From: Lachnospiraceae bacterium
Lineage (GTDB): Bacteria; Bacillota; Clostridia; Lachnospirales; Lachnospiraceae
DNA length: 64,000 bases
Direction of reading: 5' to 3'
Assembly: GCA_036656615.1 (NCBI GenBank)
Contig: JAVXHY010000010.1
Span: forward strand, 8,089 to 72,088
In this document: in pieces, positions 40,038 to 49,274 of the stretch
How positions within the stretch are numbered: the first letter of the stretch is position 1
How the letters are laid out: each line of letters opens with the position of its first letter
The notes under the pieces: model-generated
The model's database searches: none
Told to the model about the DNA's origin: nothing
Seen by the model: the letters and a program-made list of their open reading frames with translations, nothing else
Translations under genes and position numbers: made by a program

Positions 40038-41183
40038 TTACGTTGTAGTAGCAGTTACCACGGCAATTGTTAGTAAAAATAATACACCAACGGTAAATAT
40101 AACTCGAAGTAATAACTGATATCCATCTCCCACACTGCTGATACAGCTTACAATTCGTTGATCAGAAATAGGTTGTATGACTGCAGCAATTAACTTATAT
40201 AATAAAGTCATAATTGCCATCTGTGTCAGGGGAATCATACAAATGAATATGCATATCATTGCACCTGAAACACCAATTCCATTTTTAACTAATATAGTTG
40301 TACCTAGTACGACTTCTGTCATACCACCTAGAGCATCTCCAATTCCTGGTATGGCTTCGGCTGTTTTAGTTAAGGTGGTACGTTTTAGGGAATCAATGAC
40401 TGGTGTGATCAATCCTTGAATTACATTCAAACCAATTACACAGGTTAATAGACTTTTGAGAATCCATCCAATTAATAGATGTAGTAATTCGGAAAACTTC
40501 GATAAGTTATCTTCCAGTGAAAGATGGTTAATTACTTCCACCATAATATATACATGAATGAGAGGTAATAAAAAATTCAATATGACTAATTCAATCATAA
40601 AAATTAGAAATAATACAATATTATAAAAGACAATTGCTGTACTTCCACCAGAGGAAATACCAACAGCAAGAAAATATGCAGGACTTAGAACTTCCATAAA
40701 AGTCAAAAGCTGGGTCAGCCCATCCCCCACACCCGCAATAACTACTCGAAAAGAATCTAGGCAAAGAGTAAGAATTAATAGATACAGAATATAAAAGCTC
40801 ATTTCGGAAATTTGTTTATTTTGAAATACATTAGAAAAATTACTGACCACAGCAGCCATAATAGCTAGTATAATGATATGAGCTAAGTTCTTTCGATTAT
40901 ACTGAAATTCATAAAAAATCTGATCGAATAGAAGTTGTCCAATGAGTTCTCCGGTTAGTTCTGTCTTGCCTGACAAAACGGATTTTACAATTCCTGTAAA
41001 TTTCAATTTTTCCCTTGGAAAAATATCTTTTAATACGGAATCAATTTCTGATAATGCAAGTTTATCCAATAATTGCTCTTCTACGTTCTCTTGAACAAGC
41101 ACCTTATCTTCGGGTAATTCTGAGGCAGTTATGGGGAGTACTTGTATCCAACATAATAGGATGATTATTATGATATTCTTCAT
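40038..41183 (-). CDS. spoIIIAE: Stage III sporulation protein AE
   Basis: Polytopic membrane protein; AIPGIGD...V.GTTILVKNGIG, QPISD.RI. Confidence 0.9.
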   Translation of the reverse strand: MKNIIIIILLCWIQVLPITASELPEDKVLVQENVEEQLLDKLALSEIDSVLKDIFPREKLKFTGIVKSVLSGKTELTGELIGQLLFDQIFYEFQYNRKNLAHIIILAIMAAVVSNFSNVFQNKQISEMSFYILYLLILTLCLDSFRVVIAGVGDGLTQLLTFMEVLSPAYFLAVGISSGGSTAIVFYNIVLFLIFMIELVILNFLLPLIHVYIMVEVINHLSLEDNLSKFSELLHLLIGWILKSLLTCVIGLNVIQGLITPVIDSLKRTTLTKTAEAIPGIGDALGGMTEVVLGTTILVKNGIGVSGAMICIFICMIPLTQMAIMTLLYKLIAAVIQPISDQRIVSCISSVGDGYQLLLRVIFTVGVLFLLTIAVVTATTT

Positions 41184-41198
41184 GTTTTACTCCAATTA

Positions 41199-41585
41199 TC
41201 AGGATAGAAATTGTTGAATAGTTTCCAGTAATGTTATTAGAATGGGCATACTAAGTGCTAATATACTGAGCTTGCCAAATACTTCGATTTGAGAGGCAAT
41301 TGCTTGATATCCAGCATCTTTGCATATGCTAGAGGAAAATTCAGCAATATAAGTAATACCAATCATTTTAATCAAAGTTTCAATATAGACGATATCCATA
41401 GAAAGGTATGTACGGATTGTTTCTATAGCAGCTATAATGTCTGCTAGCCTATTTAAGATACAGACAAACACAAATAAACTAATGACTGCACTGATGTAAA
41501 TACTATATTCGGATTTTCCCCCTTTAAACTGTATGGCAAGTAAAGTACCTGCAATGCCAACAATTCCTACCTGTATCATTGTCAT
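41199..41585 (-). CDS. spoIIIAD: Stage III sporulation protein AD
   Basis: KMIGITYIAEFSSSICKDAG..AIASQIE..GK. Confidence 0.93.
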   Translation of the reverse strand: MTMIQVGIVGIAGTLLAIQFKGGKSEYSIYISAVISLFVFVCILNRLADIIAAIETIRTYLSMDIVYIETLIKMIGITYIAEFSSSICKDAGYQAIASQIEVFGKLSILALSMPILITLLETIQQFLS

Positions 41586-41596
41586 TTACTCACATC

Positions 41597-41791
41597 CTAT
41601 AATGAAAATAATTGTTCGATTGTATTAAATAGTTCATATATATAAGGCAAAATCCAAAATAAAACTAATAATAGTCCTGCAAGACTGGTTAAGAAGGCAT
41701 GTTCCTCCCGACCACTGTGCTTGAGTACCTGACCTAATACAGAGACCAGAATCCCAACAGCCGCAATTTTAAAAATCAGATTAACACTCAT
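41597..41791 (-). CDS. spoIIIAC: Stage III sporulation protein AC
   Basis: IFKIAAVGILVSVL.QVLKHSGREE.A. Confidence 0.94.
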   Translation of the reverse strand: MSVNLIFKIAAVGILVSVLGQVLKHSGREEHAFLTSLAGLLLVLFWILPYIYELFNTIEQLFSL

Positions 41792-41825
41792 TGATTCCTC
41801 CCTGTCTCAAATAAATAAGTATCTT

Positions 41826-42344
41826 TTACATAAGAATAATTGCAATGAAAATTCCTCCCATCACACCAAGATAATTGCTTAATCGTTTTTTAGAAGGTAT
41901 TTCTTCTCTTACTTTTTGCAGTTGTCTATCTAATTGTTCCATATATAAGTCCAAAGTAGCCAGCTGCATCTCTTGATCCAGGCATCCCATAAGATTGCCT
42001 AACATTTTTAATTCTCCAATGTCTTTTTTATTTAGAAAAGACAAGGATAGATTTTGATCAATGGAAGTATTCCATACGGATACAAAAGAACTGGCAGATC
42101 TTTTGTCCAATTGTAATTTCAAAGAATGTAGCCATTTTTTATAAGGTTCTTGGCATTTCATGGATAGATGTCCAAAAATCTCACCTAAGGGTGCTTTTGT
42201 ATATTTTATTTCACCGCGAATCATTAAAATAATATGTTTTAAATTTTGCAGTTCTTCCATATGTTTTTGCATTTCCAAAGCAACAGTTCAGCCAATACCT
42301 GAACTAGCCGCAATAATTAAGATACTTCCCATAAGCTTGAGCAT
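41826..42344 (-). pseudogene. spoIIIAB: Stage III sporulation protein AB interrupted by an in-frame TGA at codon 19
   Basis: ATG 42344 after GAGGAAG gives MLKLMGSILIIAASSGIG-TGA(42288-42290)-TVALEMQKH...; the same frame continues to the stop at 41826. Full length would be 172 codons. The track only finds the downstream piece from TTG 42278. Confidence 0.85.
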
Positions 42345-43303
42345 AATTTACTTCCTCGTTCATCATAGATTCCTTCGATTTCTCCGACTTGTTTCTGATG
42401 ACTTAATACAACATAGCGTTCAAACCTTCGTTCTTTGATTAGTTGTTCAAAAATAGGCTTTTTGCGGATTTCTTCCATGGACTCACCGTGAATGGTGGCT
42501 AACATTTTACAGCCACAAAGCATAGCATATTCAATAGCATGTACATCTTGAGCACTGCCAATTTCATCCACTGCAATTACTTGAGGAGACATAGAACGTA
42601 TGAGCATCAGCATTCCCTCCACTTTTGGGCAACAATCTAAAATATCAGTTCGCATGCCTAATTGATTTTGTGGAATACCAAGGTAACAGCCACCGATTTC
42701 TGAACGCTCATCTACTACACCAACAGATCCACTGTTGATCCATTCGTTCCCATTTGAAATAATACGAATTAAATCCCTTAAAAGAGTTGTTTTACCACAT
42801 CTTGGCGGTGAAATAATGAGAGTATGACATATTTGTTTGTTTACTGTAATATAAGGAATGATTGATTCACCACAGCCTATAATTTCATGAGATACCCGGA
42901 TATTAATAGAGGATATATACTTCAAGTTTTTTACCTTCTTATCTTCCATTATTGTTTTGCCTGTTAATCCAACTCGATGTCCGCCTTCAATAGTAATATA
43001 ACCTTGACACATTTCATATTCATAAGCATAAAGAGAATAATTACTTATATATTCCAAAGTTTCTTGTACCTCCTCTTTACTTACGATATGTCTGGAAGTA
43101 TTTAAAAGGAGCGGAAGATATTCTTTACCCTTATAAATCATAACCAAAGGCTGCTGTATTCGAAGCCGGATTTCTTGTAAATACATAAAATCTATTGACT
43201 TTCTTTCAATTGTTTCCCGTATTGTAGCTGCAAGAACTTGAAGCACCTGTTCTTTTTTTCTCTGATTTTGTAGGAGCGCTATATGTTGTATTCCAGTTCT
43301 CAT
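42317..43303 (-). CDS. spoIIIAA: Stage III sporulation protein AA (secretion ATPase-like)
   Basis: EIRLR, GYITIEGGHRVG, ISPPRCGKTTLLRD, VDERSEI, SMSPQVIAVDEIG, TIHG. Confidence 0.95.
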   Translation of the reverse strand: MRTGIQHIALLQNQRKKEQVLQVLAATIRETIERKSIDFMYLQEIRLRIQQPLVMIYKGKEYLPLLLNTSRHIVSKEEVQETLEYISNYSLYAYEYEMCQGYITIEGGHRVGLTGKTIMEDKKVKNLKYISSINIRVSHEIIGCGESIIPYITVNKQICHTLIISPPRCGKTTLLRDLIRIISNGNEWINSGSVGVVDERSEIGGCYLGIPQNQLGMRTDILDCCPKVEGMLMLIRSMSPQVIAVDEIGSAQDVHAIEYAMLCGCKMLATIHGESMEEIRKKPIFEQLIKERRFERYVVLSHQKQVGEIEGIYDERGSKLCSSLWEVS

Positions 43304-43323
43304 TGTTGTCCACCTCTTTAAAC

Positions 43324-43352
43324 AATATATGAAGACAGAAGAAATTTAGTAC
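43324..43352 (-). promoter_or_regulatory. Putative sigma-E promoter of the spoIIIA operon
   Basis: -10 CATATATT matches CATAnAnT; the -35 region GTACTAAA is only a partial match. Fits the known sigma-E control of spoIIIA. Confidence 0.45.
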
Positions 43353-43365
43353 TAATTTAGAAAAG

Positions 43366-43416
43366 AAAAGAGACAAGATTTACTCACAATATCTGTCAGT
43401 AAACCTTGTCTCTTTT
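43366..43416 (-). terminator. Terminator hairpin after pnp
   Basis: AAAAGAGACAAG...CTTGTCTCTTTT outer arms with TTTACT/AGTAAA inner arms. Confidence 0.75.
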
Positions 43417-43431
43417 ATAATTTTTATATGA

Positions 43432-45519
43432 TTACTTTTCTACATCCTTCATACTGAAGCTGATTCTACCCATTTTATCTTTGCCAAGACATACAACTTT
43501 TACCTTGTCTCCAATGGTAAGGACATCTTCTACACGATTGATTCGTTCCTTAGAAATCTTGGAAATATGAATCATGCCTTCTTTTCCAGGTGCGAATTCT
43601 ACAAAGGCACCAAATTCTTTAATGCTAATTACAGTACCTTCTAATTCCTGACCTGCAACAAAATCAGTAGTAATAATTTCAATCATTCTCATAGCATTAT
43701 CCATATGTTCAGAATCAACACCACAAATTGATATTGCACCATCATCTGTTATATCAATTTTTACACCAGTTAATTCAATGATGGTATTGATGGTTTTTCC
43801 TCTTTGACCAACTACTTCTCCAATTTTCGCAGGATCAATATGCATTTGTATAATCTTTGGTGCATATTTTCCTACTTCAGCTCTTGGAATAGAAATTGCT
43901 TTATTCATAACTTCATCTAAGATGAATGTTCTTGCTTTTTTTGTACAGGCAATTGCTTCCTCAATCATTGGTCTAGTTAATCCATGAATTTTAATATCCA
44001 TTTGGATAGCTGTAATGCCCTTGTGAGTTCCTGCAACCTTGAAATCCATATCTCCAAAGAAGTCTTCTAATCCTTGGATATCTGTTAATACTAAATAATC
44101 ACTATCTGAATTACCAGTAACTAAACCTGCTGATATACCGGCAACTGCTGCTTTAATTGGTACACCGGCAGCCATAAGAGAAAGGCTGGAAGCACAAACA
44201 CTTGCTTGCGAGGTTGAACCATTGGATTCAAAAGTCTCTGATACAGTACGGATTGCATATGGGAATTCGGATTCTGAAGGTAGTACTGGTATCAATGCTT
44301 TTTCAGCTAAAGCACCGTGACCAATTTCACGACGTCCAGGTCCTCTGGATGGTCTGGTTTCGCCTACAGAATAGGATGGGAAATTGTAGTGATGCATATA
44401 TCTTTTTGAAGTCTCTGCTTCATCCAAACCATCCACTCTTTGTGCTTCTGACAAAGGAGCTAAGGTTGTAATTGTACAGATCTGTGTCTGTCCACGTGTA
44501 AACATGGCAGAACCATGTACTCTTGGAATAATATCTGTTTCTGCTGCTAAAGGTCTAATCTGATCAATGGCTCTTCCATCTGGACGTTTGTGATCTTTTA
44601 AAATCATCTTTCGTACCGTCTTTTTTTGATATTGATATAAAGCCTCACCAAGAACAGCAAGCCAGTCTTCTTTTTCTGCAAATGCAGCTTCTAGTTTTTC
44701 CTTGATGGCACGGATGTTTTCTTCTCGAACTTGTTTTTCATCTGTAAAGACAGCTTTTTCCATTTCAGCAGGGGTAATAATTTCTTTCATTGCTGTAAAT
44801 AATTCTTCTGGAACGGAACAACTGATATAGCTATGTTTTTCTTTCCCACATTCTTCAACAATCGTATCAATAAATTCTATGACTTTTTTATTCAAATCGT
44901 GGGCAGCAAAAATGGCTTCCAGCATTTTTGCTTCGCTTACTTCCTTCGCACCCGCTTCAATCATAATTACCTTATCTCTAGTAGATGCAACCGTTAATTC
45001 CATTTCAGAAACTGCTTTTTCTTCTGCTGTTGGATTAAAGACAAATTGACCTGCTATTAAACCAACTTGTGTAGTAGAAGTAGGTCCATCGAAAGGAATG
45101 TCTGAGATTGCAGTTGCAATTGCTGCACCTAGCATTGCAGTTAATTCAGGGCTACAATCTTGATCTACAGATAACACTAAGTTCTCTAAAGTAACATCAT
45201 TGCGATAGTCCTTTGGAAAGAGAGGTCTCATAGGTCGATCTATAACGCGACAAGTTAATACTGCATTTTCAGATGCTTTTCCTTCTCTTTTGTTAAATCC
45301 GCCTGGAATTTTACCAACTGCATATAACTTTTCGTTATATTCTACACTAAGAGGGAAGAAATCAATGCCCTCCCGTGGTTTTTCTGAAGCAGTTGCTGTA
45401 GATAATACGACTGTATCACCGTAATGCATAAATGCTGCTCCATTTGCCTGTGCGGCAACCCTTCCGATGTCAACGCGTAATGTTCTTCCTGCTAATTCCA
45501 TTTCAAATTTCTTATACAT
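43432..45519 (-). CDS. pnp: Polyribonucleotide nucleotidyltransferase
   Basis: DFFPLSVEY, RVHGSAMFTRGQTQ, RREIGHGALA, ESNGSTSQAS, DMDFKVAG; KH and S1 domains. Confidence 0.98.
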   Translation of the reverse strand: MYKKFEMELAGRTLRVDIGRVAAQANGAAFMHYGDTVVLSTATASEKPREGIDFFPLSVEYNEKLYAVGKIPGGFNKREGKASENAVLTCRVIDRPMRPLFPKDYRNDVTLENLVLSVDQDCSPELTAMLGAAIATAISDIPFDGPTSTTQVGLIAGQFVFNPTAEEKAVSEMELTVASTRDKVIMIEAGAKEVSEAKMLEAIFAAHDLNKKVIEFIDTIVEECGKEKHSYISCSVPEELFTAMKEIITPAEMEKAVFTDEKQVREENIRAIKEKLEAAFAEKEDWLAVLGEALYQYQKKTVRKMILKDHKRPDGRAIDQIRPLAAETDIIPRVHGSAMFTRGQTQICTITTLAPLSEAQRVDGLDEAETSKRYMHHYNFPSYSVGETRPSRGPGRREIGHGALAEKALIPVLPSESEFPYAIRTVSETFESNGSTSQASVCASSLSLMAAGVPIKAAVAGISAGLVTGNSDSDYLVLTDIQGLEDFFGDMDFKVAGTHKGITAIQMDIKIHGLTRPMIEEAIACTKKARTFILDEVMNKAISIPRAEVGKYAPKIIQMHIDPAKIGEVVGQRGKTINTIIELTGVKIDITDDGAISICGVDSEHMDNAMRMIEIITTDFVAGQELEGTVISIKEFGAFVEFAPGKEGMIHISKISKERINRVEDVLTIGDKVKVVCLGKDKMGRISFSMKDVEK

Positions 45520-45546
45520 GTTTTCTCCTCTTTCTGACAGAAATCC

Positions 45547-45606
45547 CCGAAACTACTGAAAAATACACTTTATTTTCATCCTAATTATACTTTTCAGTGG
45601 TCTCGG
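45547..45606 (-). promoter_or_regulatory. Long stem-loop in the pnp leader
   Basis: Plus-strand arms CCGA.ACTACTGAAAA and TTTTCAGTGG..TCGG, located between the rpsO terminator and the pnp RBS. Confidence 0.5.
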
Positions 45607-45633
45607 TCCCTTACTTTCTATCCTGTTTTCGCT

Positions 45634-45675
45634 AAAAAAGCGAGGCACGGCTAACTTTCCGTCCCTCACTTTTAA
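45634..45675 (-). terminator. rpsO terminator
   Basis: Minus strand GTGAGGGACGG-AAAGTTAG-CCGTGCCTCGC followed by TTTTTT. Confidence 0.75.
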
Positions 45676-45683
45676 GTCTCATA

Positions 45684-45950
45684 TTATTTTCTGAGTCCTA
45701 GACGTTCAATTAAAGTACGATATCTTTCAATATCAGTTTTCTTTAAATAAGCAAGAAGACCTCTTCTTTGTCCTACCATCTTGAGTAATCCTCTTCTAGA
45801 ATGGTGATCTTTAGCATGAACTCTAAAATGCTCTGTTAATTCATTGATTCTTGCTGTTAAAATAGCAATTTGAACTTCTGGTGATCCTGTATCTCCTTCT
45901 GTTCTGCCATATTCAGCGATAATTGCTTGTTTCTTTTCCTTTGCTATCAT
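45684..45950 (-). CDS. rpsO: 30S ribosomal protein S15
   Basis: [19 protein letters not shown]...[21 protein letters not shown]. Confidence 0.98.
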   Translation of the reverse strand: MIAKEKKQAIIAEYGRTEGDTGSPEVQIAILTARINELTEHFRVHAKDHHSRRGLLKMVGQRRGLLAYLKKTDIERYRTLIERLGLRK

Positions 45951-45974
45951 GGGTAAATCCTCCTCTTATTCTTT

Positions 45975-46030
45975 TAACCGCCTAGTATTAAGTAATGGTT
46001 GGAGTTTCCAATTACTGAATGCTGGCTGAT
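45975..46030 (-). ncRNA. Candidate S15 autoregulatory leader
   Basis: Imperfect long hairpin (CC-AGCATT-CAGTAAT-TGG...CCA-ACC-ATTACT-TAAT-ACT-AGG) between the promoter and the RBS. Firmicute rpsO leaders are known S15-binding RNAs. Confidence 0.45.
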
Positions 46031-46043
46031 TTCATACTTATTG

Positions 46044-46072
46044 ATTGTAACATAACTTTATCTTATTGTAAA
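46044..46072 (-). promoter_or_regulatory. sigma-A promoter of rpsO
   Basis: TTTACA-N17-TACAAT with an extended -10 TGT; the -35 overlaps the end of ribF. Confidence 0.55.
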
Positions 46073-46986
46073 TCCTCAAAAAAATTTTTTCCACAAAGGA
46101 CATCTTGTTCCATTCGTTGTCCTAGTTCCTGAATAGAGGCAAATTTAATTTCAGCCCGCTCAAAGCGTAAGAATTGAATTTCAATTCTTTTTCCATAGGC
46201 ATCTTCTCTAAAATCAAATAAAAAGACTTCCATTAAAATTTTCATTTTCTGTGCAATGGTTGGCTTACAGCCTAAATTACCAATTCCATCAAAATATTTA
46301 CCATCAATCAAAACGCGGCAATCATATACCCCATTTGGTGGTAATAATTTCTCATTCTTTGGAGTAATATTCATGGTTGGATAGCCAAGCTTTCTTCCAA
46401 GCTTACGTCCATGTTCTACTGTTCCGCGTATGCTGTATGGATAGCCTAACAGGACGTTTACTAATTCAAAATCCCCTTGTATAATTTCTCTTTTGATATA
46501 AGAGCTGCTAATGATTTTTCCTTCATGAGTTTCTTTTTCTATAACATCCAGTTGATATCCATAAATCTTGGCATAGTGCGCAAGCATCTGAACATCTCCT
46601 TTTTTCCCATGTCCAAAGTGATAGTCTGTCCCAACAACTACGTAAGCCACATGGAACTTTTTAACCAAAACTTCGGATATGAAATCTTCGGCCTTCATAT
46701 TGTGGATATTTTCTGTAAAGGGACACTCAATTAGATAATCTACTTGTTTTTCTAATTTCAAGTAGCGTTCCACATTTGTCATGATATATTGTTTTTTTAT
46801 TCCTCTTTGTTTGAAATATACTTGCATATCAAATGCAAACACCACACTTTTAGTATTATGATCTGCATATGATTTTACACGATCTACTAATTTCTGGTGC
46901 CCTCGGTGTAATCCATCGAATTTTCCTAAGGTAATTGCTGTCTGGTGCGTTTCTTTATAGGATTCTATACCCTTGATATATTGCAT
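46063..46986 (-). CDS. ribF: Bifunctional riboflavin kinase/FAD synthetase
   Basis: GKFDGLHRGHQ, GTDYHFG, ISSSYI, GRKLGYPTMN, NLGCKPT, F.FLRFE.KF. Confidence 0.95.
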   Translation of the reverse strand: MQYIKGIESYKETHQTAITLGKFDGLHRGHQKLVDRVKSYADHNTKSVVFAFDMQVYFKQRGIKKQYIMTNVERYLKLEKQVDYLIECPFTENIHNMKAEDFISEVLVKKFHVAYVVVGTDYHFGHGKKGDVQMLAHYAKIYGYQLDVIEKETHEGKIISSSYIKREIIQGDFELVNVLLGYPYSIRGTVEHGRKLGRKLGYPTMNITPKNEKLLPPNGVYDCRVLIDGKYFDGIGNLGCKPTIAQKMKILMEVFLFDFREDAYGKRIEIQFLRFERAEIKFASIQELGQRMEQDVLCGKNFFEDLQ

Positions 46987-46997
46987 GCTTCTTCCTC

Positions 46998-47921
46998 TTA
47001 TGTCATTTCGTTTTGATCAAAAAACATCTTAACTATTTTAAATATTTCTGTTTCTTTTTGATAGTTATAGATACTAATAAACTGTCCATTCTCATCATAT
47101 ACTCGAACCATTTCATTATCTTTATGCTGAAATGATTTTTCGTTTGACAAATATTCTAATTTCAGCGGATTTCCATTATATGCAAAAGAAATATATTCCT
47201 TTTGCACTTGAACAGAATTATAGTTTAGGAACATTTGATCAATTGGAATAATGTAATTTTCTAAACTATTTAATTGTTTTGCTTCTTGTATCTGATTAAG
47301 AGTATGACTTTGTGTTTGCTCAAAACTACCAACCTTTGTTCGTATTAAATGTTCCATGCAGCCACCAACACCTAAGGAGTGACCTATATCGTGACATAAG
47401 GTCCGAATATAAGTGCCTTTGGAACAGGTTACGGTGATATAAACTCTTGGTAATTCCATTCTATTTATTTCAATATGATGTATCCAAACTGATTTGGCTT
47501 TTCGTTCAACAATCTTGCCTTCTCGAGCTAGCTCATATAGTTTTTTTCCATTTATTTTTTGTGCTGAATACATGGGAGGTACTTGTTCATATCTACCAAT
47601 ATAGGATGAAATGCAGCTAAGAACCTTCTCTTCATCTAGTGATTCCGTGGAAGCTTTTGAAAGTATCATACCAGAGGTATCTTGTGTATCCGTTGTTTGC
47701 CCAAGCAAAAGAATTGCTTCATACACCTTATCGGTATCTGTCAGCATATCACACAGTTTTGTTGCTTTTCCTAAACATACAGGCAATACACCCACTGCAT
47801 CTGGATCAAGTGTACCGGTGTGTCCGATTTTCCGCTGCCCTAAAATACCACGTAATTTCGCAACTACATCATGGGATGTAAATCCTTTTTCTTTCCAGAT
47901 ATTCATAACTCCATGTAACAT
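46998..47921 (-). CDS. truB: tRNA pseudouridine(55) synthase
   Basis: TSHDVV, KIGHTGTLDP, QVPPMYSA.K..GKKLYELAREG, CSKGTYIRTL. Confidence 0.97.
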   Translation of the reverse strand: MLHGVMNIWKEKGFTSHDVVAKLRGILGQRKIGHTGTLDPDAVGVLPVCLGKATKLCDMLTDTDKVYEAILLLGQTTDTQDTSGMILSKASTESLDEEKVLSCISSYIGRYEQVPPMYSAQKINGKKLYELAREGKIVERKAKSVWIHHIEINRMELPRVYITVTCSKGTYIRTLCHDIGHSLGVGGCMEHLIRTKVGSFEQTQSHTLNQIQEAKQLNSLENYIIPIDQMFLNYNSVQVQKEYISFAYNGNPLKLEYLSNEKSFQHKDNEMVRVYDENGQFISIYNYQKETEIFKIVKMFFDQNEMT

Positions 47922-47929
47922 ATATACTC

Positions 47930-48877
47930 CTATCTTAGCTGTATTGCAATTTCATGTAAAATATTTTGCATAGCTGCCTGTACATCACCAAAAATGGTAA
48001 ATCCAGCAGCTTTTTTATGTCCTCCACCCTGAAAATGCTGAGCAATGATGCTGACATCAATTTTATCTTTAGCTCTTAAACTGACCTTATATTCCTCTGG
48101 TCTTAATTCATATAGAAATACGGATACTTCTACACCCTGTGTAAAATGTAGTTGGCTTACAATTCCGTCTAAATCACTGGAACGTACTCCAAAGAATTCC
48201 ATATCCTTCTGGGTAATAATAGAGGTAATACACTTATCATTTAATACCAATTTACTTTCTAATAAGGCATAGCCTAATACTTTATTTTGTGGAAATGTCT
48301 TTTCATAATAGGTATTGTCAATAATTTGTGCTGCATCAATACCGGTACGCATAAGGTTTGCAGCAGCTTCCATTGTAGATGGTGTTGTGGAAGTATATTG
48401 AAATACACCAGTATCATGAACAATTCCCAAATATAGACACATAGCTACTTCTTTTGTAATGATATCTGTATTAATTAACTGATAGACCAGTTCGGAAGTA
48501 GAACTTGCTTCAGGGACAATGTAATTATACATGGCAAAAGATTCGTTGCTTATATGATGATCAATACAAAAAGTTTTTTTTGCTTTTTCGTATAGTATTT
48601 TAGAAAATCCAAGTCTTTCTATATCACCACAATCTAAAGAAATAAATAAATCATAAGATTTCTCTTCTGTTATTTCGTGTTTGATTTCTTTCGTTGATTC
48701 AATGAAATTAAATTTGACAGGAATTTCCTCTAAATAAACATCTACTTCAATATTACATATATTCTGCTTAATATATTGATATAAACCCATACAAGAGCCA
48801 ACACAGTCACCATCAGGGCGCATATGGCCACTGATAGCAACTGTCTTAGCATCTCTTAAAGCTTCTTCTAGTTTCAT
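47930..48877 (-). CDS. DHH/DHHA1 phosphoesterase (NrnA-like oligoribonuclease/pAp phosphatase)
   Basis: HMRPDGDCVGS, LDCGD, IDHH, DTG.F, KVSLR, GGGHKKAAG. Confidence 0.92.
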   Translation of the reverse strand: MKLEEALRDAKTVAISGHMRPDGDCVGSCMGLYQYIKQNICNIEVDVYLEEIPVKFNFIESTKEIKHEITEEKSYDLFISLDCGDIERLGFSKILYEKAKKTFCIDHHISNESFAMYNYIVPEASSTSELVYQLINTDIITKEVAMCLYLGIVHDTGVFQYTSTTPSTMEAAANLMRTGIDAAQIIDNTYYEKTFPQNKVLGYALLESKLVLNDKCITSIITQKDMEFFGVRSSDLDGIVSQLHFTQGVEVSVFLYELRPEEYKVSLRAKDKIDVSIIAQHFQGGGHKKAAGFTIFGDVQAAMQNILHEIAIQLR

Positions 48878-49249
48878 TTATTCGTCCTCGTCTTTCAAAT
48901 CCTTCGTCACATCCTGAATCATTTTGGACATGGCTACTCCGTAAGCGATTGACTTATCTAAAATAAATTTAATGGTAGGTGTGTTACGCAGATTTAGGGT
49001 TCTTGCCAATTCACGTCGTATATATCCTTCAGCGCTTTGCAGACCTATGATGGTATCTGTCTGAATCTTTTCATCTCCAAGTACACTAATATATGCTTTG
49101 CAAGTCTTTAAATCTGGAGCTACTTCTACCAACATAACAGAAGTCATGGGAGCAATACGTGGATCCTTAATGCCACCACGTATAATATTACTTAACTCCC
49201 GCTGTACTTCACCATTGATTCTGGTATTCTTAATACTATTTTTTCTCAA
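48878..49249 (-). CDS. rbfA: Ribosome-binding factor A
   Basis: IKDPRI...SV..VEVAPDLK.CK.Y.S, LNLRNTP.I.FILD.SI. TTG start. Confidence 0.96.
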   Translation of the reverse strand: MRKNSIKNTRINGEVQRELSNIIRGGIKDPRIAPMTSVMLVEVAPDLKTCKAYISVLGDEKIQTDTIIGLQSAEGYIRRELARTLNLRNTPTIKFILDKSIAYGVAMSKMIQDVTKDLKDEDE

Positions 49250-49274
49250 ATTAATCCCTCAATTCTAATTATGC

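Noticed and set aside
42288-42290. Alternative genetic code (TGA=Trp/Gly) or selenocysteine recoding as the explanation for the spoIIIAB stop
   Set aside because: TGA ends other genes here (rpiR in an ATGA overlap at 2373, tlyA at 30897, gpr at 60317), and no other gene has an internal TGA. The position is in a TM segment with no redox-Cys context, and the downstream hairpin is weak.
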